Part shown: positions 1 through 13,536 of the stretch, piece after piece | Position numbering within the stretch: the first letter of the stretch is position 1 | Layout of the letters: each line of letters opens with the position of its first letter | DNA from: Leucoraja erinacea | Lineage: Eukaryota | DNA: 64,000 nucleotides | Assembly: GCF_028641065.1 (NCBI RefSeq) | Contig: NC_073385.1 | Span: forward strand, 59,768,001-59,832,000 | Direction of reading: 5' to 3' | The notes under the pieces: generated by a model | Databases searched by the model: none | What the model was told of the DNA's origin: nothing | What the model saw: the letters and a program-made list of their open reading frames with translations, nothing else | Made by a program: the position numbers and the translations under genes

Positions 1-2576
1 ACTAAACCACTTTGATTTTAAAGTAATTTAACTGGAGAGAATATGGTAGGAGATAGCTCAAGGTTTACTCAGGAGGAGATACAAGTGTGAAATCATCAGG
101 TTGAACTGGACTGAAGTGCATTGTCATCTTTTCAATTTGAAAAATAAATATTTTTTTCCATAAATCTACCCTGGTCTGTGGACTATGTTTTATCCGGTAA
201 CTAAGTATAATTGGAATATTTTTTTTATCTCCGCACAGGCAGGGGTTCTTGAATGGGGATATAGGTGGAAGGGATGGGTAGGGAATGAACAATTTGTATC
301 TCTGCAAGTGGGCAAAAGGAATCTCCAGTGTGGGTGGAAGATGCAAGGTTGATGTTCTGATGTGTGGGGAAGTGTCCTCTGAGCTGTGAACGTTATGAAC
401 CCTAACATCTGAAAAACATCTTCACCTGTTACGTATGGAAAACCAATCCCGCAAATTTTATGTTGTGCTAAAGATAAATTATAATTAAAATTAACCTGCA
501 AAATTTAGAAATACTTTTATGAGCAATTAAAAAGGAATGTTTTCTGAGTGGCCAAAATATTAATCTTTTGGCAATTATAGATTACATTAAATAATATTAA
601 ATCATGCTTGGTTGAGGATGACTGAGATTCTCGAAAAGATAATAATGGGAAGTTGCAGACCAACTGGCAAGTAGATATAATGCCAGAAAATGTGAAATTT
701 TGTTTAAATGGCAAGACTTTGTCAAACTGAGATTCCATGGATCAGATGGTTTCGGTTTATTATTGTCATGTATACAGAGGTCCAGTGAAAAGATTTGTTT
801 TGCATGGTAGCCAATCAGATCACATAACACTATCAAAGGTATCAAAGGTATTTTATTGGTCACATTCACATACACCTAGGTGTAGTGAAGTGAAATGCTT
901 CTTGCCATTTTGCAGCACATAAAGAAGGAATACAGACATAACATTGATAAGAGTTTTAAACATAAAGAACATCCCCCCACAATGCTTCCCATTATGAGGG
1001 AAGGCACAAAGTCCAGTCCCCAACCTCAGTTCACCCATAGTCGGGCCCATTGAGGACTCCACAGTTGCCTCTACGGAGGCCCAATGTTCCAGGCCGTTCT
1101 CGCCGAGTGATGTTGCTCTGGCGTCGGGAGAGTTCTCTCAGCGGCCTGGGAACCCTGGAATGGCCGCTTCCGCACTGGAGGCCGCGGCTTCCGAAGCCAA
1201 CAAGGCCACGCCGGTTGGAGCTCCACCACTGGCGATCTCATCTAGAGATCCCATGCTCCTGGTGTAAAGTCAGCACTGCCGCCCGCAGCTGGCTGCTCCA
1301 CAGTCCCGCAGCTCCGCAGCCACTATACATAAATACAATCATGTCAAACTCAAGTATAATAGGTAGACCAAGGGGGAAGGTACAAAGCACAGAATATCAT
1401 TGTAGCGCATTCGTTCCATAAAAAAAGTCCAATGTCTGCAATGCTGTCGAGGTGAGTTGGACTGTTCTCAAGCTTATGGTGGGATGCTAACTCCTCTCTG
1501 GTGCAAGATTAGCAAAGGGCTACTGCGTAGGTGAATCAAATAGTTCAGAATCCTGACAGAATGTTATAACAATGGGGAATGCTTGGAGCATTCACTGGGT
1601 CATGGGCACTGTGGAAGATAAAGAGTCAACATTTCAGATCAAAGGATCCTCACAAAAGAATGTTATACATGAGGAGAATTAAATACAAAAACAGTGACGT
1701 TAACTCTATTAGTTATATAGAGCACTGCTGAGGTATATCTGCTGAAATATTGTGCACCATATGCACAATATTATATACCTTATTTAAGGAAGGATTTGAT
1801 TGCATTGAAAGCAGTTTAACGAAGCAGTTTAACTGGAATTGGCTGTTTGCACGATGAGGAAAATGTTGTGAGAGTTCAGTCACCCTCTGCACCTGCAGTC
1901 ATCAATTCCTACCCAAATGTACTTGTTCAACACTTTGAATATATGCAAGGACGATCCCCAGATATAAAGCTCTGTGATGATTTAAAAATCATAAATCATT
2001 TTGTGATTATCCTGAACATTATAGATCGCCATTCTCTCGATGAATGTACAGACATTTAGTTGACCAGCCTGGGATAGTTGCCACATTCCTGCAAGTCCCA
2101 TATGTTGTCAGTGTCTATCCGCTCCTGGTACACCATGGCCTTCCACTTTAAAGTAGTGCCTTGGCTTGAAAATCTTTCAATTTTTAAATATAACTCATCA
2201 TTTAGTGGTTACTATTTTTGACTTAACTGGCCATTATGCTTTGCTACATGGCGTTACACTGTTTTAACAGAGTCAACACAGTTTGAAGGTAATAACAATA
2301 TTGAACACTAAGATGCTTTGAAAACACTTAAAAATAGATATGCATTTAAAATATGATATTGTTTGTTTAAGCTCTCTCTTACAAATCCGTGTCCTGTTTC
2401 CATGTGAACCTCACATGCTATATTCCTATATACCCTCAATTCCCATGCTTATCCTTTCTAGATATTTTGTATTATCATATTTAATTATGATCGTGTTCAG
2501 CATATCATGTGCTTCAATGATCCAGGTTACAATCAAAGCTTGTGAAACTTATTCAGACCCTGTTTTTAATATCCAT

Positions 2577-2688
2577 AATTTACCATTTTCCCAGCTCTTC
2601 CACAAGTGTATTACAAATTTCTGGTACCAGAGCCATTTGGAACTAGCATCAGGGTCTTTACCTGGAAGCATTTGTGCTCAACTTAACA
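2577..2688 (+). pseudogene. Possible decayed relic of a further paralogue's exon 2
   Basis: Ungapped peptide LPFSQLFHKCITNFWYQSHLELASGSLPGSICAQL aligns to paralogue A exon 2 with 13/35 identities. It is preceded by tgtttttaatatccat, versus paralogue B's acceptor tgtttttatttttcag (12/16, AG lost). No donor site. Confidence 0.35.
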
Positions 2689-3045
2689 GACCTCAATCAA
2701 ATTCATAATTTTTTACATAGGTCCATATTGTCAAAATAATTAGGCCTGCTGAGTTACTCCAACATTTTGCGTCTATTGCAGATGTATCATAGTTGTCCAG
2801 TAGGTGTCCTGGTTAGGTCATGTGATTAGTTCCTTGTCTTTTTCAAATACATGCTATAAATTTGATGTTATAGTTTAAGGTAACATGTATCATTAGAAAA
2901 ATAAATAAGAACAATTATTTTGGTGCTCCTTTTCAAACGTGTTCATCCATAAGTGACAATGATACAATGATATTTTCATGATATTTTATCGAATATCTGT
3001 GCATGTCTTGGGTCCATTCTTAATCAGGAATTTCTAGTCAGTATG

Positions 3046-4345
3046 TAGCAATGTTACAACATTTTGAAATTTAAAAAATCAAGTCTGCAATTTATCCCAT
3101 CAGATAAAGCATAACAATGTTTAATTTGACACCTAATTCACTTTCATATCTCAAGTAATAAAAAAAGTTATGGCCATTTTCATACTCGGAAATTAGCATC
3201 TTGTTCCCTATTGATTTTCTATGGACATAACAAAAAAGCTGTGATCGTGGACAGTCAAAAGCCCATAACCTTCTTAAAAATTAAGAGAACTGAATGAAAT
3301 TTTCAATTATCATAGATTGAAGCATTCCGAAACAAATATAAAATAATCTTACTTGGATGACCTGAAATTAAAGCATATAATTAGTTAGTTACCCAATTGT
3401 AGCTAATTTCAAACTTCAATTACTAGATAATAATAATAATAATAATAATAATAATCTTATTATTTATATAGCACATTTTTAGTCAACTTGCATTGACCCC
3501 AAAGTGCTTCACATAATTACATTACATTTACACACAGGCAAAGGTGGGTGAAGTGTCTTGCCCCAAGGACACAACAACAGTATGCACTCCAAGCGGGATT
3601 CGAACCGGCTACCTTCCGGTCACCAGCCGAACACTTAGCCCATTGCGCCATCTGTCGTCCCACTAAACATCTAAACATCTAAAGATCTAAACATCTATCC
3701 ATTTCTTAATAAATGATTAACATTTTTAAATTGCCCAAGTGTCCAAATAATATTCACAAATAATTCACAATAAAACATGATTTTAAAATCTCATTTACAT
3801 CAATTTATAGGCCAAATGGAAGGAATTTAGTGTTCAATTGCTGTAAATTAAAGTCAATTTAAATCAGCTTTCTAGTGGGTTCCTGTGAACGCGCTGGTTT
3901 AGAACGTTCACATTGCAGTATACTGCAATGTGAACTTTATATCCCGCACAAATACTGCGGGATATAAAGAGCCCAAAATGAACTACTCGCTATAGAAAAC
4001 TTTATATACAGGGTTATATACAAGCCCCATTTAATGTAAAAATAAGGTACATACCTTTAATTGTTTGCTTTATAAAACCCTGGGGCTGCGAGAGGTTGCG
4101 GGTTGAGAGAGTGATTTTTAAACTACTATAACTATTACACAAGGCCATAAAAACTAATAGTACCTTTTGCGACGGGGTCTTTCAGCGATTTTCCGTTAAT
4201 GATTTACTAGGCTGAACATTTTCGATTGCAACAGCCTAGTAAAAATCGCGTTTTAAACCCGCCCCCTCTAAACAGCGCCAAAATCGCGCACACGGGGTAG
4301 GGCAGATGCTCAGCCACGATTCAGGTAGGTTTTGTAACATACCTA
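3046..4345. mobile_element. Non-autonomous DNA transposon (1.3 kb, TAG...CTA ends, 7-bp TSD)
   Basis: Ends TAGCAATGTTACAA and reverse TAGGTATGTTACAA. CAGTATG is duplicated at 3039-3045 and 4346-4352. An uninterrupted homologue of the target sits at about 5681-5720. Confidence 0.7.
3428..3662 (-). mobile_element. tRNA-derived SINE with L2-type tail, nested in the DNA transposon
   Basis: Minus strand has a tRNA-like head (A box TGGCGCAATGG, B box GGTTCGAATCC), a GTGTCCTTGGG...AAGACACTTCACCC core, and a GCTATATAAATAATAA tail ending in (TTA)n. Confidence 0.75.
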
Positions 4346-7300
4346 CAGTATGTCGCCTGACATTCGCACCCTCATTTGGGATCCCAATATCAGGTCACAC
4401 ATTCCATCTACTATGACAGTTTCTTTAGCTTGCTGGTGTTGTTCAAAAGAACGGAGAGTCTGGAGATACATCTTGAATCTCCATGTCATCGGCAGTGAGA
4501 CGGTACATGCATAGGAATGTTTTGGAGGGATATGGCAAGTTTCACTGGCACGGTTAGAAGTTCAGAAGCAGTTCTTTGAAAATATTCATAGAAATGAAAA
4601 CAAGCTTCAATGAGAGAGAACAATTAATTATACCCTGATTTTTAACTCGGAGTCAAACTAATATCCATTAGTAAGTTACACCTGGGCATTCAGGTAATTT
4701 AATTCCATTCAAAAACACTTTACAATTTGGTAGAATAAATATCGCTCTAGGATCTAGAATAAACAATGGACATGACCATTTCATATTCAGGAGCCTGGGA
4801 AAATATTTACCGTGCTATCTGTAATTTTCATAAAGTTGTTTAAACATGAAGGCCAGCATACTCTAGTTAATTGAATCTCAGAAATGTCTAAAAATATCGA
4901 GATATATACCATGCCTTCATTATTTTTCCCATTCCTAAACTCTAGCATTTGGTCAAAGTGCAATGTTGTTTCTCCAATTAAAACGTTACCCCTAGAGACT
5001 TCAAGCAAATTTCTCTTTCCCAGATCCATAAAATAGTCAATGTCCCAATGTGTGTGGCTGACCGACTAAGTCCCTATGCTGCTTTTGTAGATTAGAAATA
5101 TCTGAAAGCTGTTACTTCATCTTGTGCCCTCAAACCTGTCATCGTCCATTTGGAATAAAAAGAGTGGAGTCCATTGCGGCTTCGCTTAGAAACCCAAAGG
5201 CTATTACTTCTGGGAGAATTTCCATTTAAAATTAAGCAACTTGAATAAAAGTCAACAGAAAGGGTTAAGCTTAGTGTAGATTTATTCACTATGGCAATTT
5301 ACATAGTGAAGTGTGATTACAATAAACCTACACAAACATATGGATTGGGAACAGGAGAAGGACACTTGGTTAATGCCCTGCTCCACCTATTAATAAGTTA
5401 ATGGTTGAGATATTGTAACCACATTCCCATCTACCGTCAGTAGTAACTCACTTGCTTATCAATAATCACTTGCTTTGGCAACCACAGATTATTCTCTTGT
5501 TCTACTTTGCACATTGTTCATCATTCTGCATTTAACTGGGTTTCTTTCACCCAACCTCACCCACTTGTAGAAGTTGCCCCAAATTTCCTTTGTTTTTCGT
5601 CGCATCCACTGTAATTTGACTGCAAAGCAGTTTCACGATTCGACAGATTGCAGTTTTATGCCCAGATTCGTTGCACACTAGAATTTCTAGTCAGCATGTC
5701 ACCTCACATTCACACCCTCCTTAGTGGTCCAACTTTTGTTTTATTCTCCATCTGTCTGTCTATGGCACTGTCCATACATGTATAGGACTGGTTTATAGGA
5801 ATATGGGCCATACGCAGGCAGGTGAGGCTCCTGTAGATGGGACATGTTGGTCGATGCGGACAAGTTGGGCCGAAGGGCCTGTTTCCGCACTACATGACTC
5901 TATGACACCTGACCACACCCCAATCAATGAGTCTGTACACCCTTCAATTTCCACTCATTGGGGTCTCAACATCGTGGCCAGGTTTTCTAATGCAAAAGGC
6001 ACGTTAGCTACTTAAAGCAGCTAAGCTTTAAGTAAACAAACTATTTCAAGTTTATTTTTCCTGAGGCACCTCTGGATTTTATGTTTCTTTGAGATCATTC
6101 TTAGAGCAAACATAATAAAACTTGCAAAGCTCCTGTCCCTGCAGCTCCTTAAAGAGAGTGTGGCTGAGGCAATTTAAATATAGTTATGTGAGTTGAAATT
6201 TCAAGCACAAGTGCAATGCTTGGTCTCCTCTTAGTCCTGAATAGTCATGTTGACTTTCCTTAATTTACATTTGGTGGTATTCGGATGCTCTCGGTTGGAC
6301 CCCGCAATGTGCCTCTTTGTTCTCGGCAGTCTGTCAGTAAATAGTTTCAGAGCAGACTAGGAGGGATTTCTTGTCGAGGAGAATCTTTCAAATCCTTTAC
6401 TCCAGTGGTATCAAGGTATGCATGATGGATATTTGACAATAATACATCAATGATTTGATATCAATATATTAACTGTGAACAGAAGCTTGGATAGGACATG
6501 TTTGGTGGGATATGGACCACACGCGGTAAGGTGGGACTAGTGTAGCTGGGACATGTTGGCCGTTGTGGCCGAAGGGCCTGTTTCCACACTGTATACTTCT
6601 ATGAGAAACGGATCTCTTGGCCTCTCAGGCACCAGGTAAAGTCTGATCTGATTCTTGCAACGCCACATTCCAGTCAACCAACAGTGAACTCTTGTTACTT
6701 TGTTTAACAAGAAACTCTGCTGCAAAAATATTGAAAGACTTATCTTCAACTATCCTATGAGGAAGAGTTCCAGACACTTGCGACGCATTGAGAGAGAAAA
6801 AGATGTCTGGATTCTTTCCTAAATTGATGACTCTTTATTTTTAAATGGTGACCCATAATTCAGGATTCTCTCACATGAGGGAACATCTTCTCGCCATCCC
6901 GTCTATTCAGACCTGGCAGGTGTCTCGTCCCCTCTCACTTTTCCAAATGTCAGTAGGTCACCACCTTGCCTGCCCAACCCTTTCACAAAGACAGCCCTTC
7001 CCAGGAAACAGTTAGTCATAGTCATACAGCGTGGAAACAGAACCTTCGGCCCAACTTACCTACACTAACCAACATGCCTCATCCACATTAATCCGACCTG
7101 CCTGTGTTTGGCCCATAACCATCTAAACCTGTCCTATCCATTTACATAGGAACTTGAGGGCTACGTTTTTCACACAAATTGTGGTGGTGGTGTGCTGCCG
7201 CGTGAGGTATGAGTTGGTGCAGGTACTATCGCAACATTTAAAAGGCATTTGGATAGGTACACAGATAGGACAGATTTAGAGGGATATGGGCCAAAAGCAG

Positions 7301-8335
7301 GCAGGTGGTACTCGTGTAGATGCGATATGCTGGTCGGTGTGGGCAAGTTGGGTCGAAGTAACAGTTTCCATTGTCACTCTATGACTATGTGACAAATAGC
7401 TACACGGAAGGTGGACATTAGGCATATCGTGTCCAAGTCCGATCAAGACCCCCCCTTGCTGCTCTTGATCTACACACCCAGTGGTCTCCATGCTAGTTCA
7501 CATCCAACTTCTGTATTAATGTGACGGGAGTCGCTGCCTCCACCAACCTTTCAGACAGTGAGTTCCAGACCCCGCGACCCTCACGGTGAAAACATTTTTT
7601 CCTCATCACGCCTTTAATTCTTCACCAATAACTTTAAATCTAATCCGCCTGTTTTTGACCCACTGTTTTGGGGAAATACCTTCAACATCTGAAATGTACC
7701 CGAGGTCTCATAATGTATTATGCGTCTCAATTGAACCCCCTCCCCTCGACCGCCTTCATGAATTGCAAACGTCGTGACCATTGTTTCCTTCTGTCTGTGT
7801 CAGTCATTTAAAGAACCTTGTCAATTTCAAAGAAAACTATGAGGAAATCCTAATGGTTCGACATCCGGTTCTTCGGGTGAGGTTTCCAGCACTACCTGAA
7901 ACTCATCAGGGCCCCGGTTCCTGCGCTCCCTGACAACTCCCGGTTATTGTTGAAACGTACTAGGACTTGACACAAACATTTTTCACTGCAAAATTGATGG
8001 TAATATTTAAATTAAAGACTGATGTCAACGGAATTGGCTATTAATAACATCCAGTAGTCCGGTAAATTGGATCCGACAGACCGATGGACCCAGATGAGTG
8101 GACTAGTCAAGGTTCCAGACACAGTTCCCACCTCCTTTTCCCCACTTTTCGGATTCGCTCAAGCCCATGTTTAACCCCGCATCGTAAAATAGCTGAATGT
8201 CACGGGGTTGAATTGCCTCTGTTAGTCCCGATAGTCACACAGCCCCGAATGTGAGCCCACATCTTGGATTAAAAACATGCCACTTAATGCTGACAATGTC
8301 ACATCTGATAAATGATCACATGGGGGTAAAACTAG

Positions 8336-8970
8336 GGTGCCACGGTCGCGCAGCGAGCAGAGCTGCTGTCTCAACAGTGTTCGGTCCTGTCCTCAGTCGC
8401 TGACTGTGTGGAGTTTGGGTGGGTTTCCTCCGGGTGTTCCGATTTAGTTTCGTTTAGTTTAGAGATACCGCCCTTTAGCCCACCGGGCCCGCGCAGATCC
8501 CCCGCATATTAACACTATCCTTCACCCTCTAGGAACATGTTTTACATTTACCGAGCCATTTAGCCTACAACCCTGTACGTCTTTGGAGTGTGGGAGGAAA
8601 CCGAAGATCTCGGAGAAAACCCACGCAGGTCACGGGAAAAACGTACAAACTCTGTACAGACATCACCCGTAGTCGGGATCGAACCCGGGTCTCTGGCGCT
8701 GCATTCGCTGTAAGGCAGCAACGCTACCGCTGCGCCACCGTGACAACCCAAATCCCACATCCCAAAGATGTGCGGGTGGGTTGGTTGATTTATGTGTGTG
8801 TGTGTCCGTCCTCTGTGACATTGTTCCAGTGTGTGGGGGTGAGGGCTACAATCTGAGGGGGATTGATGTGAATGCGGGGAGAATAAATTGTAGGATTAGT
8901 GTAGATGGGTGGTTGATGGTCTGCGTAGTCTCAGTGGTTCCAAGTTCCTGATTCTGTGCTGTGTGACTCT
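8336..8970. mobile_element. Nested HE1/V-SINE-like tRNA SINEs (minus copy about 8447-8745 inside a plus copy)
   Basis: Minus copy has head GTCACGGTGGCGCAGCGGTAG...GGGTTCGATCC, core GGAGTTTGTACGTTT...CCACACTCCAAAGAC and (CTAAA)n tail. The plus copy is split around it. Confidence 0.75.
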
Positions 8971-11924
8971 CAGTTCAACATCAGAAATGTTGACACTGTG
9001 TGATTGGTATTGCAACAAGTACGCGAGAGGGAGTTGGGACACGTCGTGAACAGTCTCGTGCTGAGGAACTTCAGATCCAAGAACAAGAAGTGTTTTAAAC
9101 AAGAATATCTAGAAGACATGCCAGTACTTCGTGATTCTGTAGTTGAATTACGTCACCCAGAGAGTGATGGAATAAAAATACATGGCATTGGGAATAATAT
9201 ATAGATTTTTTTAATGATCCCAACTGTCATTTTCTCTCCACAGATGCTACCCGACCCGTTGATTAACTCCAGCATTTTGTATCAATTTTCCTTTAGACTG
9301 ATGGCACCCGTCTTGATCTCAAACCATTGCAAGAACTTCATAGCCATTGAAGTGAAGTCACTTCAACTCGACAATTTGCTCATAGGAGAATTCTATGAAC
9401 AACAATGAACTGACAGCAGTATAGATCTAATCATCGAGATATAGATCGGATTTACATTGACTAACAGAGGGGGAGCATTTACAGGGCAGTTATGGATTTT
9501 TGGAGAAGGGGCTGGGTTTCCAGGGCAGTTTTGTTTGAGGATAGTCTGAAGAAACGTTTCGACCCGAAACATCACCTATCCCTTTTCCCCAGAGATGCTG
9601 CCTGAACCGCTGATTTACTCCAGCTTTTTCTACCTATTCTCCTGCTTGTTGCTCCGGATTCCAGCATCTGCAGCATCTTGTGCCTCCATTAAAATAACGT
9701 GGTCGTCAGGTGGATAGTGAGGCGCTGCAGGGGCCTGTGCTTGTCACTCAGCCTTCATTCGCATATTAATGATTTAGGTGAGAGGCCAAATGTAGTATTT
9801 CAAAGTTTGCCGATGATATTGTCGGATGCAAGAGGTTTCAAAGTGGATTTGATGTTGAACGAGTGGGTAAAATTGACGGATGGGGCGTTATGTGAATAAT
9901 ATGTGCGGTTTCCATTTCGGCAGCGAACCAAAACATTGCGCATTACTTAAACGGCCTAAGACTGGAAAATGTTAAAGTGGAAGGAGCGGGATCTTCTTGT
10001 TCACCAGTCAATGAAAGCCAGCATGCGGTTGCAGAATTTAGTCAGACGTCAAATGATATGTTGAAGAAGGATTATGGAGGGCATTAGGAAGTTGACCTGG
10101 AGGACTGTGTGGTATTTGTTTTGCTCTCCTCGCCTAATAAATGACACACTTCTCATAGAGGGCCTGCACCAAGGTTCGCCGGAAGGATACATGAAAAAGC
10201 GAGCGGGGGATTATAAGGGAAACTTGGTCGACTAGAATTATATTCAGTGGAATATAGAAGTATGAGACCTCATTGGACCTTACATAAATGTAATGAGGCC
10301 AGGCAGACTCCATTTGGGAAGGATGTTTTCCTGGACTAGCGTGTCACAGTCTTTATACACGTGGTAAAATAGTCAGACTCTAGCAGAATAGATTCAACAC
10401 ACATTTCTGGGCACGGAGGACATTAATGGGCATGGAGAAAGTACGGAAATATGACATTAAGGATCAGCCACCATCTTATTTAAGCTGGCACAGTAGCGCA
10501 GCTGGCGGTGCTGCTGTCTCGCAGCGCCGGAGACGCGGGTTCGATACTGACCTCGGGAGCTGGCTGTGTGGCGTTTGCATGTCTCCCTGTGACACGTGGA
10601 TTTCCTATGGTCCTCTGGTCCTCTGGCGGGTTTATAATTGGCCTCTGAAATTGCCCCGAGTGTGCCGGGAGTGGATGAGAAAGTGGGATGGTGTGGATTC
10701 TTTGGACCGAATTGCCATTTTTCATGCTGTACCTCTAAACTAGATTATTTTATTGAACAACGAAGCAAGCTCGATCATGTAGGGTGGTCTATCGACATAA
10801 TCGATAAATTACATGGAGCCCCACCCCAGACATGATGCCAAGGGTCCAACCACTATTCCATGTGGATCGGCTTTGTTGCATCTTACTGCAGCCAGGTGCT
10901 TCCTCGCCAAGCAGATGCGTGGAGTTTGCAACGTAACAGGTCCAAGCTCGCAACAATTGGTACCCGAGCACATTATTCCCATAGTCGACCATCGGAGATA
11001 GCTGCTGTGGGTTTTCGGACATCGTGCGCTGAATACGGGCAAATGGGTGTAAGAAATCCCGGCCCATCAGCTTGGTGCATCGGCAGAAGCCTAGCCTCTC
11101 AGTCTGAAGGCCTGGGTTTAAACTCAACCATGGAGATTGGAGGGCAACGTTCTGATACTGGGAGGATGGGTACCTTCCATTAGGGTTGATAGACGCTCAT
11201 TCATAGAAACATATAAAATAGGTGCAGGAGTAGGCCATTCGGCCCTTCGAATCCACACCCCTCAGCAGGAGTTGGCGCATTTGACAGCCGGGTGCAATCC
11301 CAACCTCTGTTGCTCTTTGCGTGGAGTTTGTATTCTCCTTGAGACCGCGTGGATTTTCCCCGGGCTCCTTCCACATCTCGAGAGCCCGTGGATTCGTTGG
11401 TAAATTGACAGCGGGAATTGGGATGTGGATGACTGGAAGAATCCAGAGGGACGGAAATCGGGGGAGAATAGAAAGGGTTAGTCAGGTTAGTGTAAAAGTG
11501 CGTGCTTCACATTCAGTGCGGCCACTGAGCCGAAGGGTGTGTTCCTCGCCCTATAATTCTTTAATTATGGAAGGGAGCAATTTCTCCCCAGACAGCTGAT
11601 CAACAGTCCACACCAACTCCTGGCGTTATATTTCATTGCTCCACGTTTTGCTTTGCCCTTTGTTTTCCACTGTTGTGGTCACATCACCAGGATAGATCAA
11701 CGGCAGTCCAACAGGTGATTGTCCGTCATATTTCTCGTTGCATTTTCCCGTCCAAATGATTTTAAGAGAGTTATTTGTGTGTATTTTATCTAAAACGTAG
11801 TGATTTTTTGTCCCTTTAAAGTTCAAATCAGGACAGGCACAGGTTTGGGGGGGGGGGGTGCCTCAAGCCGCCTCCGCCCTAGCCTTGTAGAACCTCGCTG
11901 ATCCCCGCATCCCACTGCATTAAG

Positions 11925-12129
11925 GTTACACAAAAAAGCTGGAGAAACTCAGCGGGTGCAGCAGCATCTATGGAGCGAAGGAAATAGGCAACGTTTCGGG
12001 CCGAAACCCTTCTTCAGACTTCAGACGTTGCCTATTTCCTTCGCTCCATAGATGCTGCTGCACCCGCTGAGTTTCTCCAGCTTTTTTGTGTAACCTTCGA
12101 TTCTCCAGCATCTGCAGTTCCCTCTTAAA
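11925..12129. mobile_element. Short Penelope-derived palindromic element with a hammerhead core
   Basis: Perfect 71-bp inverted arms 11924-11994 and 12025-12095. 17-bp TSD CATCCCACTGCATTAAG at 11908-11924 and 12130-12146. Confidence 0.85.
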
Positions 12130-12224
12130 CATCCCACTGCATTAAGCTCTTCTCCTTCCCCAGCCAACCAAAACCAACAAGACACCTTGCTATCTCAATT
12201 CACGCCTTCATCTCGCTGACCTTC

Positions 12225-12402
12225 AAGTGACGTCTTGCGATAAAACTGCTGTGTTCCGGCGAGTTCTTGGGAGGTTAAAACCAGGGCGCACTCTCACTGG
12301 ACGCTCTCCGCCTGCCCTTCTGGTCAACGCTACAGAATAGTAGCTGAAACAAACCGCCGGTTAAACTTCACTGCGGTAGCACGGGAGCGCCTTTGAGTGA
12401 GT
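12225..12402 (+). promoter_or_regulatory. Candidate upstream promoter and non-coding first exon for paralogue A
   Basis: CpG-rich patch with near-CRE GTGACGTC 12227-12234 and a TTAAAA near 12276. Donor-like TGA|GTGAGT at 12397. A matching acceptor ctctctctcttaaatcctag ends at 15695, 64 nt before the ATG. Confidence 0.35.
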
Positions 12403-13039
12403 TTTATGTCTTTTTGGCTTTCTTATATTTCCTCTGACGTCGTTTCACCACGATACATAACCTGTAACAAATATAACTTGCTTGATTACCCTGAGTGAGA
12501 AATTAAATGACATTGATACAATCTCCTCAAAAATAGTATATTCCAAAATTATATAGTTACTGATGCAGTTCCTTTCGTGTATTAAATGCTAGGTGTATTA
12601 TGAGTAACACGGCTATCGTGTCAGTGTTCATCATATAAATATTTAGATGCGTGTTTTTATTAGTACCTGCGATGTTAGTGATGAAATAAGAGTTTTAGAT
12701 GATAATAATTTTATTACAGGCAGCATTATGAAAAGTTGTAGCGATGTAATTGTATTGAGATAATTAGTGGTAAGAACCGATGCCAGGATGTAAATCACAA
12801 ATACCACAGGCTTGGGTTTAAAGTGAGAATGAAAAGTTTAAAGATTTATGAGGGAAGTTTTTTTTTACACATTGGATGTCTGGAACGCGCTGCCAGGAGA
12901 GGATTCAGACATCACAGTGACGTTTAAAAGGCTTTAACCTGGAGACATGAACAGGCGGGTATTAGGGGGTTACAGAACCTGTGCAGGCATGATAGCCTAA
13001 AGCGCTTATTCCTGTCCTCGACTCTTCTGTGTTCTATAG

Positions 13040-13455
13040 ACAATAGACAATAGGTGCAGGAGTAGGCCATTTGGCCCTTCGAGCCAGCACCGCCATTCAA
13101 TGTGATCATGGCGGATCATCCCCAATCAGTACCCCGTTCCTGCCTTATCCCCATATCCCCTGACCGCTATTTTTAAGAGCCCTATCTAGCTCTCTCTTGA
13201 AAGCGTACAGAGAACCTGCCTCCACCTGCCTCCCTGAGGCAGAGAATTCCACCGCTCTCTGTGAGAAAAAGTGTTTCCTCATCTCAGTTCTAAATGGCTT
13301 ACTCCTTATTCTTAAACTGTGGCCCATGGTTCTGGACTCCCCCAACATCGGGAACATGTTTCCTGCCTCTAACGTGTCCAAGCCCTTAACAATCTTATAC
13401 GTTTCATTGAGATTTCCTCTCATCCTTCTAAACTCCAGAGTGTACAAGCCCAATG
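13040..13455 (-). mobile_element. CR1-type LINE 3' end
   Basis: Reads GLYTLEFRRMRGNLNETYKIVKGLD...ESRTMGHSLRIR..PFRTEMRKHFFSQR. Tail gaatggcctactcctgcacctattgtctattgtcta. Confidence 0.85.
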
Positions 13456-13536
13456 TTTTAAGTGCTGCTAGTGCTTCTCAAAGATGATGCTTTGTTTATC
13501 CCTGACTACACGGAGAGAACAGTGTTGCTCCTCTAA

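Noticed and set aside
4970-5140. Faint similarity to methyltransferase exon 3 (aaaacgttacccctagagacttc...cagatcc; tacttcatcttgtgcc)
   Set aside because: The match is too short and gapped to distinguish from chance without a profile search.
8670-8745. tRNA-like A/B boxes (also at about 3590-3660, 10487-10550 and 39215-39285)
   Set aside because: These are heads of tRNA-derived SINEs followed by SINE core and tail; there is no complete cloverleaf.
11626-11826. 66-aa minus-strand ORF in unique-looking sequence
   Set aside because: No recognisable homology or convincing splice pair.
1-12000. Expected mammalian neighbours of EEF1AKMT3 (METTL1, TSFM)
   Set aside because: I recognised no exons of them anywhere in the window, so orthology by synteny cannot be claimed.
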